Positions 8,629 through 18,740 are shown, counted from the first letter of the stretch. The stretch: DNA of 56,217 bases from an uncultured Clostridia bacterium (GCA_964541255.1 CAZIPL010000006.1:1-56217); one strand, 5' to 3'. Notes: generated by a model from the letters alone, not told the origin. Program-made: numbers and translations.

Positions 8629-11115
8629 TTATTTTGTCATTACGTCGAAGATATGCAAAATGTTATTCTGCAAGACGGCTTTTTTGAGTTTGCCATCTTT
8701 GACGGCTTGTTCCAAAAGCTTGATATGTTTTTTAGTTCCCGGTGTCAAGAAGCAGTTACCTGCTTTTACGCACTCGACGGGGTCAACCGTTGCATAAGAA
8801 TCCCAGTCAGTCATAATGAATCCGCCAAAGCCCCATTCGTCTCTCAATAAATCTTGCAAAAGTTCTTTGTTTTCGGCAGGATAAATTCCGTTTACGGGGT
8901 TATAGCTCGTCATAACGGTTGAAGCGTTATGCGTTTCGAACGCCGTTTCGAACGCTTTGAAGTATAATTCTCTCAACGCTCTTTCGGGAACTATCGCATG
9001 GCTTGCTTTTCTTTCAAGCTCGCTGCCGTTTGCAAATAAGTGCTTATAGCAAGCTTTCAAGCCGTTTTCTTCCAAGCCTTTCGCCTGACAGCCCGCCATA
9101 ACGCCCGCCAAAATCGGATCTTCCGAGAAGTATTCGGGATGACGTCCGCAAAGAATGTTTCTGTGAAGATTGAGTGCAGGCCCTAAGTTTATCTTAATTC
9201 CGTGTTCGACGGACTCTTCGGCAATCGTCTTTCCGACAAGATATGCGCATTCTTTATTGAACGTCGCGCAAACGGTGTTACTCGACGGGAAGCCTACGTT
9301 GAGCTTTTTGATATTTACGCCGTTGTTTCCGTCGGAGCATTTAAGCTCGGGAATTCCGTATTTGGGATATTTTCTTATTCTTCCCGCAGTACCGTCGCCA
9401 ATAAACCAGTTTGCTCCACCGCATACGTTGAGTGTGCAAAGGTCTTTAACCGACATCTGAGCGACGAAGTCATTAAGTTTGCTTCTGTCGTTCTTGACCT
9501 CTTCAAAAGTAATCTTCTTTCCGCTATAAGGCTTAAGTTCCTTAGGCTCATATGCTTTACGCTCCGCATGAACGGCGATTCTGTCTTTCGATTCGACCAT
9601 AACGGACTTACCGCCCTTAACCTCGCCGCCTTTTTCGAGAACGTCGATTTCTTCTACGGGTCGATTGAAGCTCTTGACAGTCTTAACGGTCTTATCTTCT
9701 CCCAAAACAAACGTTCCGACAACTTCCGCGCTTTCTACGCTACCGCCGACATATACGGAATATTCACCCTTTCTCAAAACAAAAGAAGACGTCTTTTCGT
9801 CGTATGTAGTGAAGCGTTTTTCGTCTATTTCGAAGCTAAAGGTCTGCTTTTCGCCCGAAGTTAAAAGCTTGGTCTTGTCAAAATCTACGAATACTTTCTT
9901 GGGATTGTCTCCCTCGGGAAGCCCGACAAATACCGTTACGACGTCCTTGCCGCCGACTTTGCCGACGTTTTCGCTCGTAACTTCTAACGTAACTTTGCAG
10001 TCCTTATAGCAAACGTTATTTGCCACGTGGTTGAACTCCGTATAAGAAAGTCCGTGTGCGAAAGGATATGCGACTTGCTTTTCGAATGTATCGAAGTATC
10101 TATATCCGACGTATATTCCCTCTTCATAGAAAAGATGTGCACCGTATTTCATCGAATCGTCGGAGAAAACCTCTTCGGCGTTGTCAATGTTTATGAAATT
10201 CTTTGCAGACGGGTGATCGTAATAATCGTTGCTCCAAGTATCGGGAAGCTTACCCGACGGATTGACTCTGCCGTCGAGAATTTCCGTCAACGCGTACGAT
10301 CCGAGCATTCCGCAAAAACCTACCGTTATTATAGCGTCGAAGTTTTTGCTTGTAATCCAACCCATTTCGATAGGATAACCCGAGTTAATTACAAGCACGG
10401 TCTTTTTATGCGTTGAAAGAACCTTTTCGATGTCTTCCTTTTCTTCGTCGGTCAAGTAATACTGCCCCTTGATAGGTCTGTTGTCCGTCCCCTCTCCCGA
10501 AGATCTCGAAATAAAATATATTGCCGTGTCGGCTTTTTCGTCGATGACGAATTTGCTGTTGTTCTTTATCGCGTCGTTAATGTCGGGAGCCCATCTCGGC
10601 TTGATTTCTCCAGCGCCCGACGCAGACAAACGGAAAGTTTTATACGCGCCCAAAACATCGATATGCGCATTTTCGTCAAGTGGAAGAACGCCGTTGTTTT
10701 TCAAAAGCACCATACCCTCGCTTGCGACTTGCTTTGCGATGTTGTCGTGTTCAACATAATTGGGATCTTGCTTTCTTTCTCCCCCGACAGTTACCTTAAA
10801 GGTTTTGTCCTTGAACTTCGAGCCGTCCTCCGCAACGAAGTTTTTAAGCTCGACCGTATAGGTCTTGCCCTTTTCGTTTCCGATAAGTCCGAAAGGAATC
10901 TCGAGGAAAGGCATAGGCGACATTGCGATTTTAAACGCAACGCCCTTAGGAAGAAGCTGTCCGTCAACGTAAACCTCGCCGTAGCCGTCTTTTGCGACAA
11001 GTTTATCTGTCATTATTTCGATAGGTCTTTCGCATTTTGCAAACATTCCGAGTCTTCCGTCGATGATATACGGATCGTACTTTTTCGGTGTCATTACAAA
11101 TCTCGCCATTTTCAT
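8629..11115 (-). CDS. GH3 beta-glucosidase/beta-glycosidase with inverted domain order (sandwich+FnIII domains first, TIM barrel last)
   Basis: EGMVLLKN, VNPSGKLPDT, YEEGIYVGYRYF in the N-terminal half; DG..G, GPALNLHR, GRHPEYFSEDP, KH, MTSYN and IMTDW (nucleophile) at the C-terminus; no signal peptide. Confidence 0.9.
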   Translation of the reverse strand: MKMARFVMTPKKYDPYIIDGRLGMFAKCERPIEIMTDKLVAKDGYGEVYVDGQLLPKGVAFKIAMSPMPFLEIPFGLIGNEKGKTYTVELKNFVAEDGSKFKDKTFKVTVGGERKQDPNYVEHDNIAKQVASEGMVLLKNNGVLPLDENAHIDVLGAYKTFRLSASGAGEIKPRWAPDINDAIKNNSKFVIDEKADTAIYFISRSSGEGTDNRPIKGQYYLTDEEKEDIEKVLSTHKKTVLVINSGYPIEMGWITSKNFDAIITVGFCGMLGSYALTEILDGRVNPSGKLPDTWSNDYYDHPSAKNFINIDNAEEVFSDDSMKYGAHLFYEEGIYVGYRYFDTFEKQVAYPFAHGLSYTEFNHVANNVCYKDCKVTLEVTSENVGKVGGKDVVTVFVGLPEGDNPKKVFVDFDKTKLLTSGEKQTFSFEIDEKRFTTYDEKTSSFVLRKGEYSVYVGGSVESAEVVGTFVLGEDKTVKTVKSFNRPVEEIDVLEKGGEVKGGKSVMVESKDRIAVHAERKAYEPKELKPYSGKKITFEEVKNDRSKLNDFVAQMSVKDLCTLNVCGGANWFIGDGTAGRIRKYPKYGIPELKCSDGNNGVNIKKLNVGFPSSNTVCATFNKECAYLVGKTIAEESVEHGIKINLGPALNLHRNILCGRHPEYFSEDPILAGVMAGCQAKGLEENGLKACYKHLFANGSELERKASHAIVPERALRELYFKAFETAFETHNASTVMTSYNPVNGIYPAENKELLQDLLRDEWGFGGFIMTDWDSYATVDPVECVKAGNCFLTPGTKKHIKLLEQAVKDGKLKKAVLQNNILHIFDVMTK

Positions 11116-11486
11116 TTCTCCTATTATATATTCATATACATTAAGAATATTTTATCACATTATCAGACGATTGTATTGCATAAAAAACAACAATTTTTGC
11201 ATAATTTCGTCATTATTATTGCATTTTGCTCTTTTTGAGTCATATTTTTATAAACACTTCAAGTTGTTTTGAAAAATAGTATTTTGAGTTAACGTATTTT
11301 CCGTTTATCAAAAATGCATTTTTAGAAATTATGAAAACAACAAATCATTCTATTTTCTAAAACATCGACATCAAAAAGCAATTATATCAGAGAATAACCA
11401 ATGCAAAATAAATTAAGCGTAAAATCCATATCGGCATTCCCTTTGTTTTTTTGAATAAAAACGCAAAAAATAATGAAACTATTTTT

Positions 11487-12950
11487 ATGACAAAGTTCGA
11501 AGCTACATTAAATTATGTCGAAAACACTCTATCAAACGAGGCGTTCATAAAGAAAAAACTCTTTACGGCATTCGGCAAAAAAGCCGTATTATTTTTCTCC
11601 GACGGACTTTCGGACATAACGACAATAGATAGGTTTATCATCGAGCCTCTTGAAAACGCAAAAAGAAAGACAGTTCCGAATAAAGAACTGCTATCGAAAG
11701 CCTTGCCTCACGTCGAGCTTATTTTTTCGGACAAGCTTGACGACGCGGTTTTGAAAGTATTTGACGGAGACTGTCTTATTCTATTCGAGGGTGTTGAGAT
11801 TTATCTTAACGCGGGAACGAAAAAGTGGGAAAAGCGGGCCGTTGCCGAGCCTCCCACATCTTCCGTCATCAAAGGCCCTCGAGAGGGCTTTACGGAAGAT
11901 CTTATGACAAATGTTTCACTCATAAAGAGAAAGCTCAAATCCCCGTCTTTGAAGTTTTTCTTCGTCAATATCGGTAGATTTACGAGAAGCCAAGTGGCTG
12001 TCGTTTATCTTGACAAAATCGCAAGCAAAAGCTTGGTCGAGGACATTAAAGAAAAACTATCAAAAATCGACATCGACGGAATTATCGATTCTTCATACCT
12101 TAGAGAGCATTTGCAGCAGCGTAAGTATTCCGTTTTCAGGCAAATCGGCGACACCGAAAAACCCGATATTCTCGCTTCGAAGCTTTTGGAGGGGCGAATT
12201 GCCATTATCGTTGACGGTTCGCCGATTGTTTTGACGGTACCGTATATCGTCTTCGAGGATTTTCAAGGCGCAGACGATTATTATTCCGTTCCTTATGCCG
12301 CCTCCTTTCTTCGAGTCATACGGTTCCTTTCCATGGCGGTAGGCATTTTGATGCCGGGGTTTTACGTCGCAGCGCAGTCTTTTCATTTGCAATTCATTCC
12401 CTTGCGGCTTGTTCTAACTATCGCCTCCGCCGTTAAAGGCATACCGCTATCAGCCAACATGGAAATGCTCTTTACCCTTTTTATTTTCGAGCTTTTGAAC
12501 GAAGCAAGTATACGTATGCCACGATACGTCGGAATGGCTCTTTCTATCGTAGGAGCACTCGTTTTAGGCGATACCGCAGTCAGAGCAGGAATAGTTTCCA
12601 CTCCGACGATTCTTATTATGGCACTATCCGGAATTGCCGTTTATGCAATCCCGGACGAGCGAAACACACTCTCGATACTTCGACTTGCGTTTTTACTTCT
12701 CTCGGGTTCATTGGGGCTTATCGGGCTTGTTTCCGGGACTGTAGCGGTGACGATTTATCTTGCAACATTAACAAATTTCGGAACGCCCTATCTTGCGCCC
12801 TTTGCTCCTAAAATCAAAAACGACCTATCGGACGGCTTATTGAAATCCCCCGCAACGGTAACAAACGACCGACCGAAAGCATTTTTCAACAAAAACAAGA
12901 AAAGGATTTTATGGAAAAACTCCGACAAAACGTCACGACAAGACAATTAA
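11487..12950 (+). CDS. gerKA: Spore germination receptor subunit A (GerAA/GerKA family)
   Basis: EP..SSVIKGPREGFTE, TEKPD...KLLEGRIAIIVDGSP, EASIRMP...ALSIVGALVLG..AV.AG, FGTPYLAP. In-frame ATG 11487 preferred over TTG 11451. Confidence 0.92.
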   Translation: MTKFEATLNYVENTLSNEAFIKKKLFTAFGKKAVLFFSDGLSDITTIDRFIIEPLENAKRKTVPNKELLSKALPHVELIFSDKLDDAVLKVFDGDCLILFEGVEIYLNAGTKKWEKRAVAEPPTSSVIKGPREGFTEDLMTNVSLIKRKLKSPSLKFFFVNIGRFTRSQVAVVYLDKIASKSLVEDIKEKLSKIDIDGIIDSSYLREHLQQRKYSVFRQIGDTEKPDILASKLLEGRIAIIVDGSPIVLTVPYIVFEDFQGADDYYSVPYAASFLRVIRFLSMAVGILMPGFYVAAQSFHLQFIPLRLVLTIASAVKGIPLSANMEMLFTLFIFELLNEASIRMPRYVGMALSIVGALVLGDTAVRAGIVSTPTILIMALSGIAVYAIPDERNTLSILRLAFLLLSGSLGLIGLVSGTVAVTIYLATLTNFGTPYLAPFAPKIKNDLSDGLLKSPATVTNDRPKAFFNKNKKRILWKNSDKTSRQDN

Positions 12951-14017
12951 CTCTGTTTTTCGCGCTGCTATGCCCTATCGCAAAGCTTTTTATCATGCCT
13001 GCGTCTTATTGCTACTATGCGGGAAAGGACTGCTGGATCGGCGTTTTGATTCAAGGGCTTATCGACGTTTTATGCTTATTCATCCTACTTTCAGTTATGA
13101 AAAAGGACGGCAGAAGCCTTTTTGAGATATTATCATCCGCAATAGGTAAACGTGCGACGAAAATAATTTATTTTTATCTTTCAATGGTTTTTATCGCAAA
13201 AGCCGTCGTTCCAATCTTAGAACAGCTTCTCATTTGCTACGAGGTACTTTATGAATCGACTCCCAAAAGAATTTTCTTTATACCACTTTTCATCGCGGCG
13301 TTTTATGCTTCGATTTCGGAGGTAAACGGGATTTTTAGGTCAATCGAGCTTTTCGCACCCTTCATTGTTTTTTCGATTTTCGGCATAGGATTCCTTTCCC
13401 TTTCCTCCGTCGAGCTTTACGAGCTGTTCCCGATATTCGAATTCGGGGTTCGTCCGACGGGCGTCGGAATGATAGCAAATCTTCTTTGGTTCGGCGATTA
13501 TATCGTCTTGCTGCCGCTTTTAGACAACGTCGAAATAAAAGGCAAAAACGTATCAAAAATCCTTTTCGGATATATTTTCGAAATAGTAATCGTCGCGGCT
13601 TTTTTGATTATAACGGTAGGCATTTTCGGAAGCTCTGCCGCAAGGCAGGTTTTTATGCTATCGAAAATATCCAAATATTCCATAGCTTTTTCTAACCTTG
13701 GGAGAATAGACTTTTTGTTCATTATAGTGCTTTTCTTGGGAGAAACGATATATTCTTCCATTCTCTTAGCTCTTGCGACAAAAACGCTCGTAACTTCTAC
13801 GGGGCTTAAAACAAAGTTATGCGCACTTATAGTCTGTGCCACGACGGCAGTTTTTTCGATAACGATGCTTTTGAAAAGCTATGCCGTCATAGAGTTTTTG
13901 CAAACCTATTCGCTCGCAATTTTTTCTCCGATATATTTCGGAATGCCGATTGCGCTTCCGATTATTTCTCGAATAACACGAAACAATGAAAAGAAACTTC
14001 GACAAACAAAGACTTAA
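12911..14017 (+). CDS. gerKB: Spore germination receptor subunit B (GerAB/GerKB, APC-type membrane protein)
   Basis: About 10 TM segments, GKDCWI and RIDFLFI motifs, lies between gerA and gerC. Confidence 0.85.
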   Translation: MEKLRQNVTTRQLTLFFALLCPIAKLFIMPASYCYYAGKDCWIGVLIQGLIDVLCLFILLSVMKKDGRSLFEILSSAIGKRATKIIYFYLSMVFIAKAVVPILEQLLICYEVLYESTPKRIFFIPLFIAAFYASISEVNGIFRSIELFAPFIVFSIFGIGFLSLSSVELYELFPIFEFGVRPTGVGMIANLLWFGDYIVLLPLLDNVEIKGKNVSKILFGYIFEIVIVAAFLIITVGIFGSSAARQVFMLSKISKYSIAFSNLGRIDFLFIIVLFLGETIYSSILLALATKTLVTSTGLKTKLCALIVCATTAVFSITMLLKSYAVIEFLQTYSLAIFSPIYFGMPIALPIISRITRNNEKKLRQTKT

Positions 14018-15224
14018 CAAAAACAGAATTATATTTTATATCTTAGCTCTTGTCGCGTTTTTGTTTTTCGTCAACGACTATTCACTCGTTACCGCCGATA
14101 AAATCGCTATCGTCGTCGCAATAGGCGTAGACGAAGCCGAAGACGGCGAGTATGAAGTATCGGCAGAAGTCGCCATCCCGCCGTCGGCGTCGGGCGAAAG
14201 CTCGGCAGAAAGCGAGCAAACCGTGCTTACGGCAAGCGGACATACTATTGCGGAAGCGGTGTCTAATCTATTTTTAGAAACGGGCTGGTATCCGAAGCTT
14301 AATTATTGCAACCTTATCATTCTGTCGGAAAAAATCGCCGAAAAAGGCACAATGCTCGCTCTCGAATATTTCTTGCGTTCCGAAACCGTCATGGATTCTG
14401 CGGTCGTTGTTATCGCAAAAGGCACGTCGAGCAAAAAAATTCTCGAAACATCTACGCCTCTTGACAATATTTCTGCGTTTTCTTTGCAAAAAATCGCCTT
14501 TGAAAGGTACGTCAACTATTCAGACGTCGTAACGTCAAACCTAAAAGACTTCACGAAAAGATATTACGACTACGGCGCAAGCAGCGTGCTTGCCTCTGTC
14601 ATGCTCTCTTCCTTTGAGGCGAAAAGCTCGGAAGAAAGCAAACAGTCAACACTAAGCGGCGATTTCAACCTTTTCGATATGACGTATTCCGCACTCTTTT
14701 CGGGAGATAAGCTTACGGGCTTTTTGGATGCGGAAGAAACAAAGGTTTTTAATTATCTCAAAAAAGACGTCGTCGGTTCAACTTTTGAAGTGAAATCGGA
14801 AGAAAACTCGAACATAAACGATAACGGCAGAGATTATACTCTTGAAATCGTAAAGCAAAAAAGAAATATTTCTCAAAACATCGAAAACGGAAAAATATAT
14901 TGCGATATTTCGCTCGAGCTTATTGTCAAAATATCCGATACCGACGGAATGAATTCGTCTATAACGGACATTACGACATCATACGAACTTCCGAAAAAGC
15001 TCGAAGAGCGTGCCGCGAAAAGCTTGGAAGAAAAATTCGTTTCGATGTTCGAAAAGCTAAAAAGCGCCAACTGCGACGGACTAAACGTCGGGAAAGAACT
15101 CAACGCGTTTCATCACAAAAAGTGGACGGCGTTTGTTACGAGCAAAAACCTTTTGTCTTATGCGAAAGACATAGAGTATGAAGTTTCGGTTAAGGTTACG
15201 GGACTTTCGGAAAACAACGAATAA
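13986..15224 (+). CDS. gerKC: Spore germination receptor subunit C (Ger(x)C family)
   Basis: N-terminal TM, IVVAIGVD, GHTIAEA, DGLNVG motifs; third gene of the ger operon. Confidence 0.85.
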   Translation: MKRNFDKQRLNKNRIIFYILALVAFLFFVNDYSLVTADKIAIVVAIGVDEAEDGEYEVSAEVAIPPSASGESSAESEQTVLTASGHTIAEAVSNLFLETGWYPKLNYCNLIILSEKIAEKGTMLALEYFLRSETVMDSAVVVIAKGTSSKKILETSTPLDNISAFSLQKIAFERYVNYSDVVTSNLKDFTKRYYDYGASSVLASVMLSSFEAKSSEESKQSTLSGDFNLFDMTYSALFSGDKLTGFLDAEETKVFNYLKKDVVGSTFEVKSEENSNINDNGRDYTLEIVKQKRNISQNIENGKIYCDISLELIVKISDTDGMNSSITDITTSYELPKKLEERAAKSLEEKFVSMFEKLKSANCDGLNVGKELNAFHHKKWTAFVTSKNLLSYAKDIEYEVSVKVTGLSENNE

Positions 15225-15238
15225 AAGGAGAGTATTTT

Positions 15239-15385
15239 ATGAAAATGAATAAAACGAGATTCAAAAAGGTGTATAGAATTCTTGAAGACGAATCGATAGA
15301 GATGTTTCTCATAGACCCGGGCGGAAGCTATACGGGAAAGCCGAGAGATTTCGACGTTCCCGTTCAAGACGTAGACGATTTGTAA
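15239..15385 (+). CDS. Small 48-aa acidic-tailed protein, function unknown
   Basis: Below the ORF-track cutoff. AAGGAG RBS 8 nt before ATG, 14 bp after the gerKC stop. MKMNKTRFKKVYRILEDESIEMFLIDPGGSYTGKPRDFDVPVQDVDDL. Confidence 0.7.
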   Translation: MKMNKTRFKKVYRILEDESIEMFLIDPGGSYTGKPRDFDVPVQDVDDL

Positions 15386-15521
15386 AATAGTTTGTTCGAA
15401 AATATAGCTATGTTAATGAAAGATTTTTGGTACTTTAACAAGTATTTCTGTAAAAAACGCCGATATTGATTCGATGTTCTTTTGATTAACGGCATTCGAT
15501 TTTTCGAACTTAGAAAACTTT

Positions 15522-15551
15522 TAAGGAGGGCTTAATTAAAAGTCCTCCTTA
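15522..15551. terminator. Likely bidirectional terminator between the ger and sleB/ypeB operons
   Basis: TAAGGAGGGCTT-aattaa-AAGTCCTCCTTA hairpin. Confidence 0.55.
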
Positions 15552-15698
15552 TTTAGCATTATTTGATTTATAAAAAATTATAAAGTAAGTCGTTTTTTTA
15601 AGTTCTTTTCCAAAGTTTTTTGAATTTTTACGAAATTATTTTATATTTTCATTCAAAAAGTATTTATGCAACCGTCAAAAAAATTCGACTATTTTTTA

Positions 15699-17135
15699 TC
15701 AAATAACGTTTTGACCTTGGAACTTGCTATCGACTACTTTGAGTACCTCTATCTCCTCGCCCGTTTTGGCATCGACGTATACATAAAACTCCGAGCCGTT
15801 TTGAGTTACGAAAAACTCATAGGTCATAATCTCGTTTTCGTTTTTCGGAATAACGGCAGGTCGAGAGGATATTATTTCAAGGTTTTTCCCTAAGGCAGAT
15901 TTTGCCGCAGATATTGTTATCGAGGTTACCGTATCGACGGGATTTTCGTGTTTTGCAACGTACGTCGTTCCCTCCATTCCGAGTACTTCGCCGTTATCGA
16001 GCGCCACAACGACTTTAATAAGTCTCGAATAGCAAATTACGTCGTTAACGTTTTGAGCGAAATTCACCGTCAAAATACCGTCCGTCTCGCTTTTCCAAAC
16101 AACTTTCACGTCGTTATAGCCAAAGCTTGACAAATATTTTTCGCAGCTTTCTATTCCGTCGTCATCGGAAAGCGACTTTTCGCCGACCTCTCTATATTTC
16201 GACACCAGCAGCAAATCGCCGTTTTTCTTCGAAAGTTGAATGACGGTATTGCCGTCCCCGACTGAAAAAGTATACGCCAAATCGCTGTTTTCGTCTTCGT
16301 AAAGAGGCGAGACATCTTCGCCGAAACAGCTTTTTGCAATTTCTATCGCTTCGTCTATCGTTATGCTTTTTTCGTTAAGCTCTTCTTCCGACAGCTCTTT
16401 TACGTCGGAAAAAGGTCCGTCGTAGATAAGCGTAGGGTACTCGAGCGACGACTCGTCAAGATCGTCATACGTTACGTCGACGGGGCTTATATAATCTCCA
16501 TAAAAAACTCCGCCGAAAAAGAGCCTTTCGCTGTTGCCGTAATTTTCGTACGAGCCGTTTAGAGAGTTCTTTATTGCGGTGGCTGTTTCGAGAAGAGTTT
16601 TTAAGTTATTTTCTTCCTCTTCACTCAAGCCTTTTCCGTCATACGCTTTCTGTGCAAGATATTTCGTATAGTCCATCGTCTGGTTGCAAAACTTCATTGC
16701 ACTCGAAGTAGCCTCGTCTTTTTCGCTCGGAAGAACGGCGAGATTGTTTTGCAACGACTGCGCGTTTGAGGACGCCTCATAAAGCATTCTGCCTTTATAG
16801 TTTCCGCTCGAAACAATGGCTTTCGAAAGCGCGGTTTCTAAGTTATTCGCGTCCATGACGAGCTGGTAATACGCTTTGCCGTATGACGCCGCAGACACTT
16901 TCGAATAGGTCGTGTTTGACGTATATAAAAGCACCGAAAAAGTCCCGAAAACAAGCGTTGTCACAGAAAGAATCAAAATTGCAACGATCGTGCCGCCGCC
17001 ATACGCCGCAATCCCTTTTTCGCGAAGGTTCATTCTGAGCGTCTTTTTGGCTTTCGTTTTCTTCTTCTCGGCGTTTCTTTTTGCCTTTTCTGCGTTTTTA
17101 AGATTATTCTCTTCGTCTTTATCGAAAAGCGGCAT
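15699..17135 (-). CDS. ypeB: Germination protein YpeB (PepSY domains)
   Basis: N-terminal TM, PTLIYDGPFSD signature, IKVVVALDNGEVLG and VYVDAKTGEE PepSY motifs; downstream of sleB. Confidence 0.9.
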   Translation of the reverse strand: MPLFDKDEENNLKNAEKAKRNAEKKKTKAKKTLRMNLREKGIAAYGGGTIVAILILSVTTLVFGTFSVLLYTSNTTYSKVSAASYGKAYYQLVMDANNLETALSKAIVSSGNYKGRMLYEASSNAQSLQNNLAVLPSEKDEATSSAMKFCNQTMDYTKYLAQKAYDGKGLSEEEENNLKTLLETATAIKNSLNGSYENYGNSERLFFGGVFYGDYISPVDVTYDDLDESSLEYPTLIYDGPFSDVKELSEEELNEKSITIDEAIEIAKSCFGEDVSPLYEDENSDLAYTFSVGDGNTVIQLSKKNGDLLLVSKYREVGEKSLSDDDGIESCEKYLSSFGYNDVKVVWKSETDGILTVNFAQNVNDVICYSRLIKVVVALDNGEVLGMEGTTYVAKHENPVDTVTSITISAAKSALGKNLEIISSRPAVIPKNENEIMTYEFFVTQNGSEFYVYVDAKTGEEIEVLKVVDSKFQGQNVI

Positions 17136-17136
17136 T

Positions 17137-17505
17137 TTACTTTCCTCTCTTTTTCGACGGCGATTTGCTCATTCCGACGATCTCGCCGTTATTTCCGCCC
17201 TCGGGGAAGCTTACGTCGGGATACGCGGGCGACGTTACGATTCCCTTTGCAGCCGTGGAATTCGGTTTCGGTGTTTTCTTGTTTACTCTTGCCGACGGCT
17301 TGACCTTTTCGTCCATGCGAGAGGAAGTAACTTCGGATTTTTTCGTCGGCTTTCCGCTCATCTTTTCTTCGGCGGTTTTCGTTGCCGTTGACTTAGATTG
17401 CTTTTCCGACGGCATTTTTACGATGTTCTTTTCCGTAGTTTTAGACTTAGCCGTTTCTGTCTTTGCTCGGTTTGCACTTTTTTTCGTTTCTTTGATTTCC
17501 TTCAT
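17137..17505 (-). CDS. Hypothetical basic, Lys/Ser/Thr-rich low-complexity protein
   Basis: GAGGTG RBS; fills the sleB-ypeB gap (16 bp and 1 bp spacers). Confidence 0.65.
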   Translation of the reverse strand: MKEIKETKKSANRAKTETAKSKTTEKNIVKMPSEKQSKSTATKTAEEKMSGKPTKKSEVTSSRMDEKVKPSARVNKKTPKPNSTAAKGIVTSPAYPDVSFPEGGNNGEIVGMSKSPSKKRGK

Positions 17506-17521
17506 ATTTCACCTCTTGAAA

Positions 17522-18193
17522 TTATATTGAAAAGACGTGTTTTCCTATCTTGACAACCGTCTTTGTAGACCATATCCATTTGCTCGTAGCCGTTGCGGGG
17601 TTATAGTAATATAAACACCCGTAAGTCGGATCCCAACCGTTCATCGCGTCTTTCGCCGCCCTTATACATTCGTCGTTGGGCGTTAGGTTTATCTGCCCGT
17701 CGTTAACGCAAGTAAACGCCCACGGCTGATATATTACGCCGCTAATAGTGTTTGGAAATTTCGACGACTTAACTCTGTTCAAAACAACCGCTCCTACCGC
17801 GACCTTTCCCGTATACGGCTCTCCGCGCGCTTCGGCGTATATGCACTTTGCAAGAAGATATACGTCGGAGCTTGTATACCCCGAAGAATCCGATGTGGAT
17901 ATTCCGAGCGCAGATAAAGTTTTCTGCCCCGCGATTCCGTCAACGGTAAGCCCGTAAGCCTTTTGCATTTTCTTTACCGCGGCTTTCGTCCTTGCGCCGT
18001 AAATTCCGTCGGGCTTATCGCTCAAAAAGCCTTGGTTTTTAAGCTCTTGTTGAAGCTTTTTGACAGTGTCGCCGCGAGAACCCTCTTTCAAAACAAGTGC
18101 GGAAGCGTCCTCTTTTTCAAGGCACACGACTATTCCTACTACAACAGCCACGCACAAAACAAGCGACGTTATGATTATGCCTTTCTTTTTCAT
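17522..18193 (-). CDS. sleB: Spore cortex-lytic enzyme SleB
   Basis: Signal peptide, PG-binding domain (DGIYG..T..AV, VDGIAG..T), Hydrolase_2 domain (AEARGEPY.GKVAVGAVVLNRV, GWDPT.G.LYYYNP). Confidence 0.95.
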   Translation of the reverse strand: MKKKGIIITSLVLCVAVVVGIVVCLEKEDASALVLKEGSRGDTVKKLQQELKNQGFLSDKPDGIYGARTKAAVKKMQKAYGLTVDGIAGQKTLSALGISTSDSSGYTSSDVYLLAKCIYAEARGEPYTGKVAVGAVVLNRVKSSKFPNTISGVIYQPWAFTCVNDGQINLTPNDECIRAAKDAMNGWDPTYGCLYYYNPATATSKWIWSTKTVVKIGKHVFSI

Positions 18194-18708
18194 TCAAACT
18201 CCTTGACTATTTTTTTATAAGCCTCGATTATTCGCGACCTATATATTATTTTGTGTCCGTCGATTTCTTTTCCGTAACATAAACGGGGATATAAAACGCA
18301 CCACCAATTATCTCCAGTTCCCTCGCCTAAGGTAATCACAAGTGCGTTATAGCTGCCGCTTTCGAAAAACACGTTTCCATAAGACCTTGACGGAAAATCG
18401 GCGTTTTTAATTTCAACTTTAGCTCCGTAATTTGCGTTAAGCTCGCATAATTTTTGCAAAACGATTTCTTTCAGCGTTTCGATGTTGCTTTTCAAAAACT
18501 CTGCGGTTTCTTTCAGCGTTTCTTTATCGCAGTTTTCCGCTAAAAACTCGTTGACGACTTTCGCGACTTCTTTTTTTATCTCAATATCCGAAGTCGAATC
18601 GGAATTTGCTTTGACGTGAAGTCGAAGCACTTCGTCGCTTCCGAAAAAGGACATAACAAGTATCGCGACGGAAATTATGATTATTAAAAATATCGCAAGT
18701 CTTTTCAT
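18190..18708 (-). CDS. spoIIR: Stage II sporulation protein R
   Basis: LRLHVKANSDS..D, FP.RSYG, Y.AL...LGEG.GDNWWCVLYP.LC. Confidence 0.95.
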   Translation of the reverse strand: MKRLAIFLIIIISVAILVMSFFGSDEVLRLHVKANSDSTSDIEIKKEVAKVVNEFLAENCDKETLKETAEFLKSNIETLKEIVLQKLCELNANYGAKVEIKNADFPSRSYGNVFFESGSYNALVITLGEGTGDNWWCVLYPRLCYGKEIDGHKIIYRSRIIEAYKKIVKEFE

Positions 18709-18740
18709 TGACTTTTCCTTTATCTTTTTTCTATCGAATC

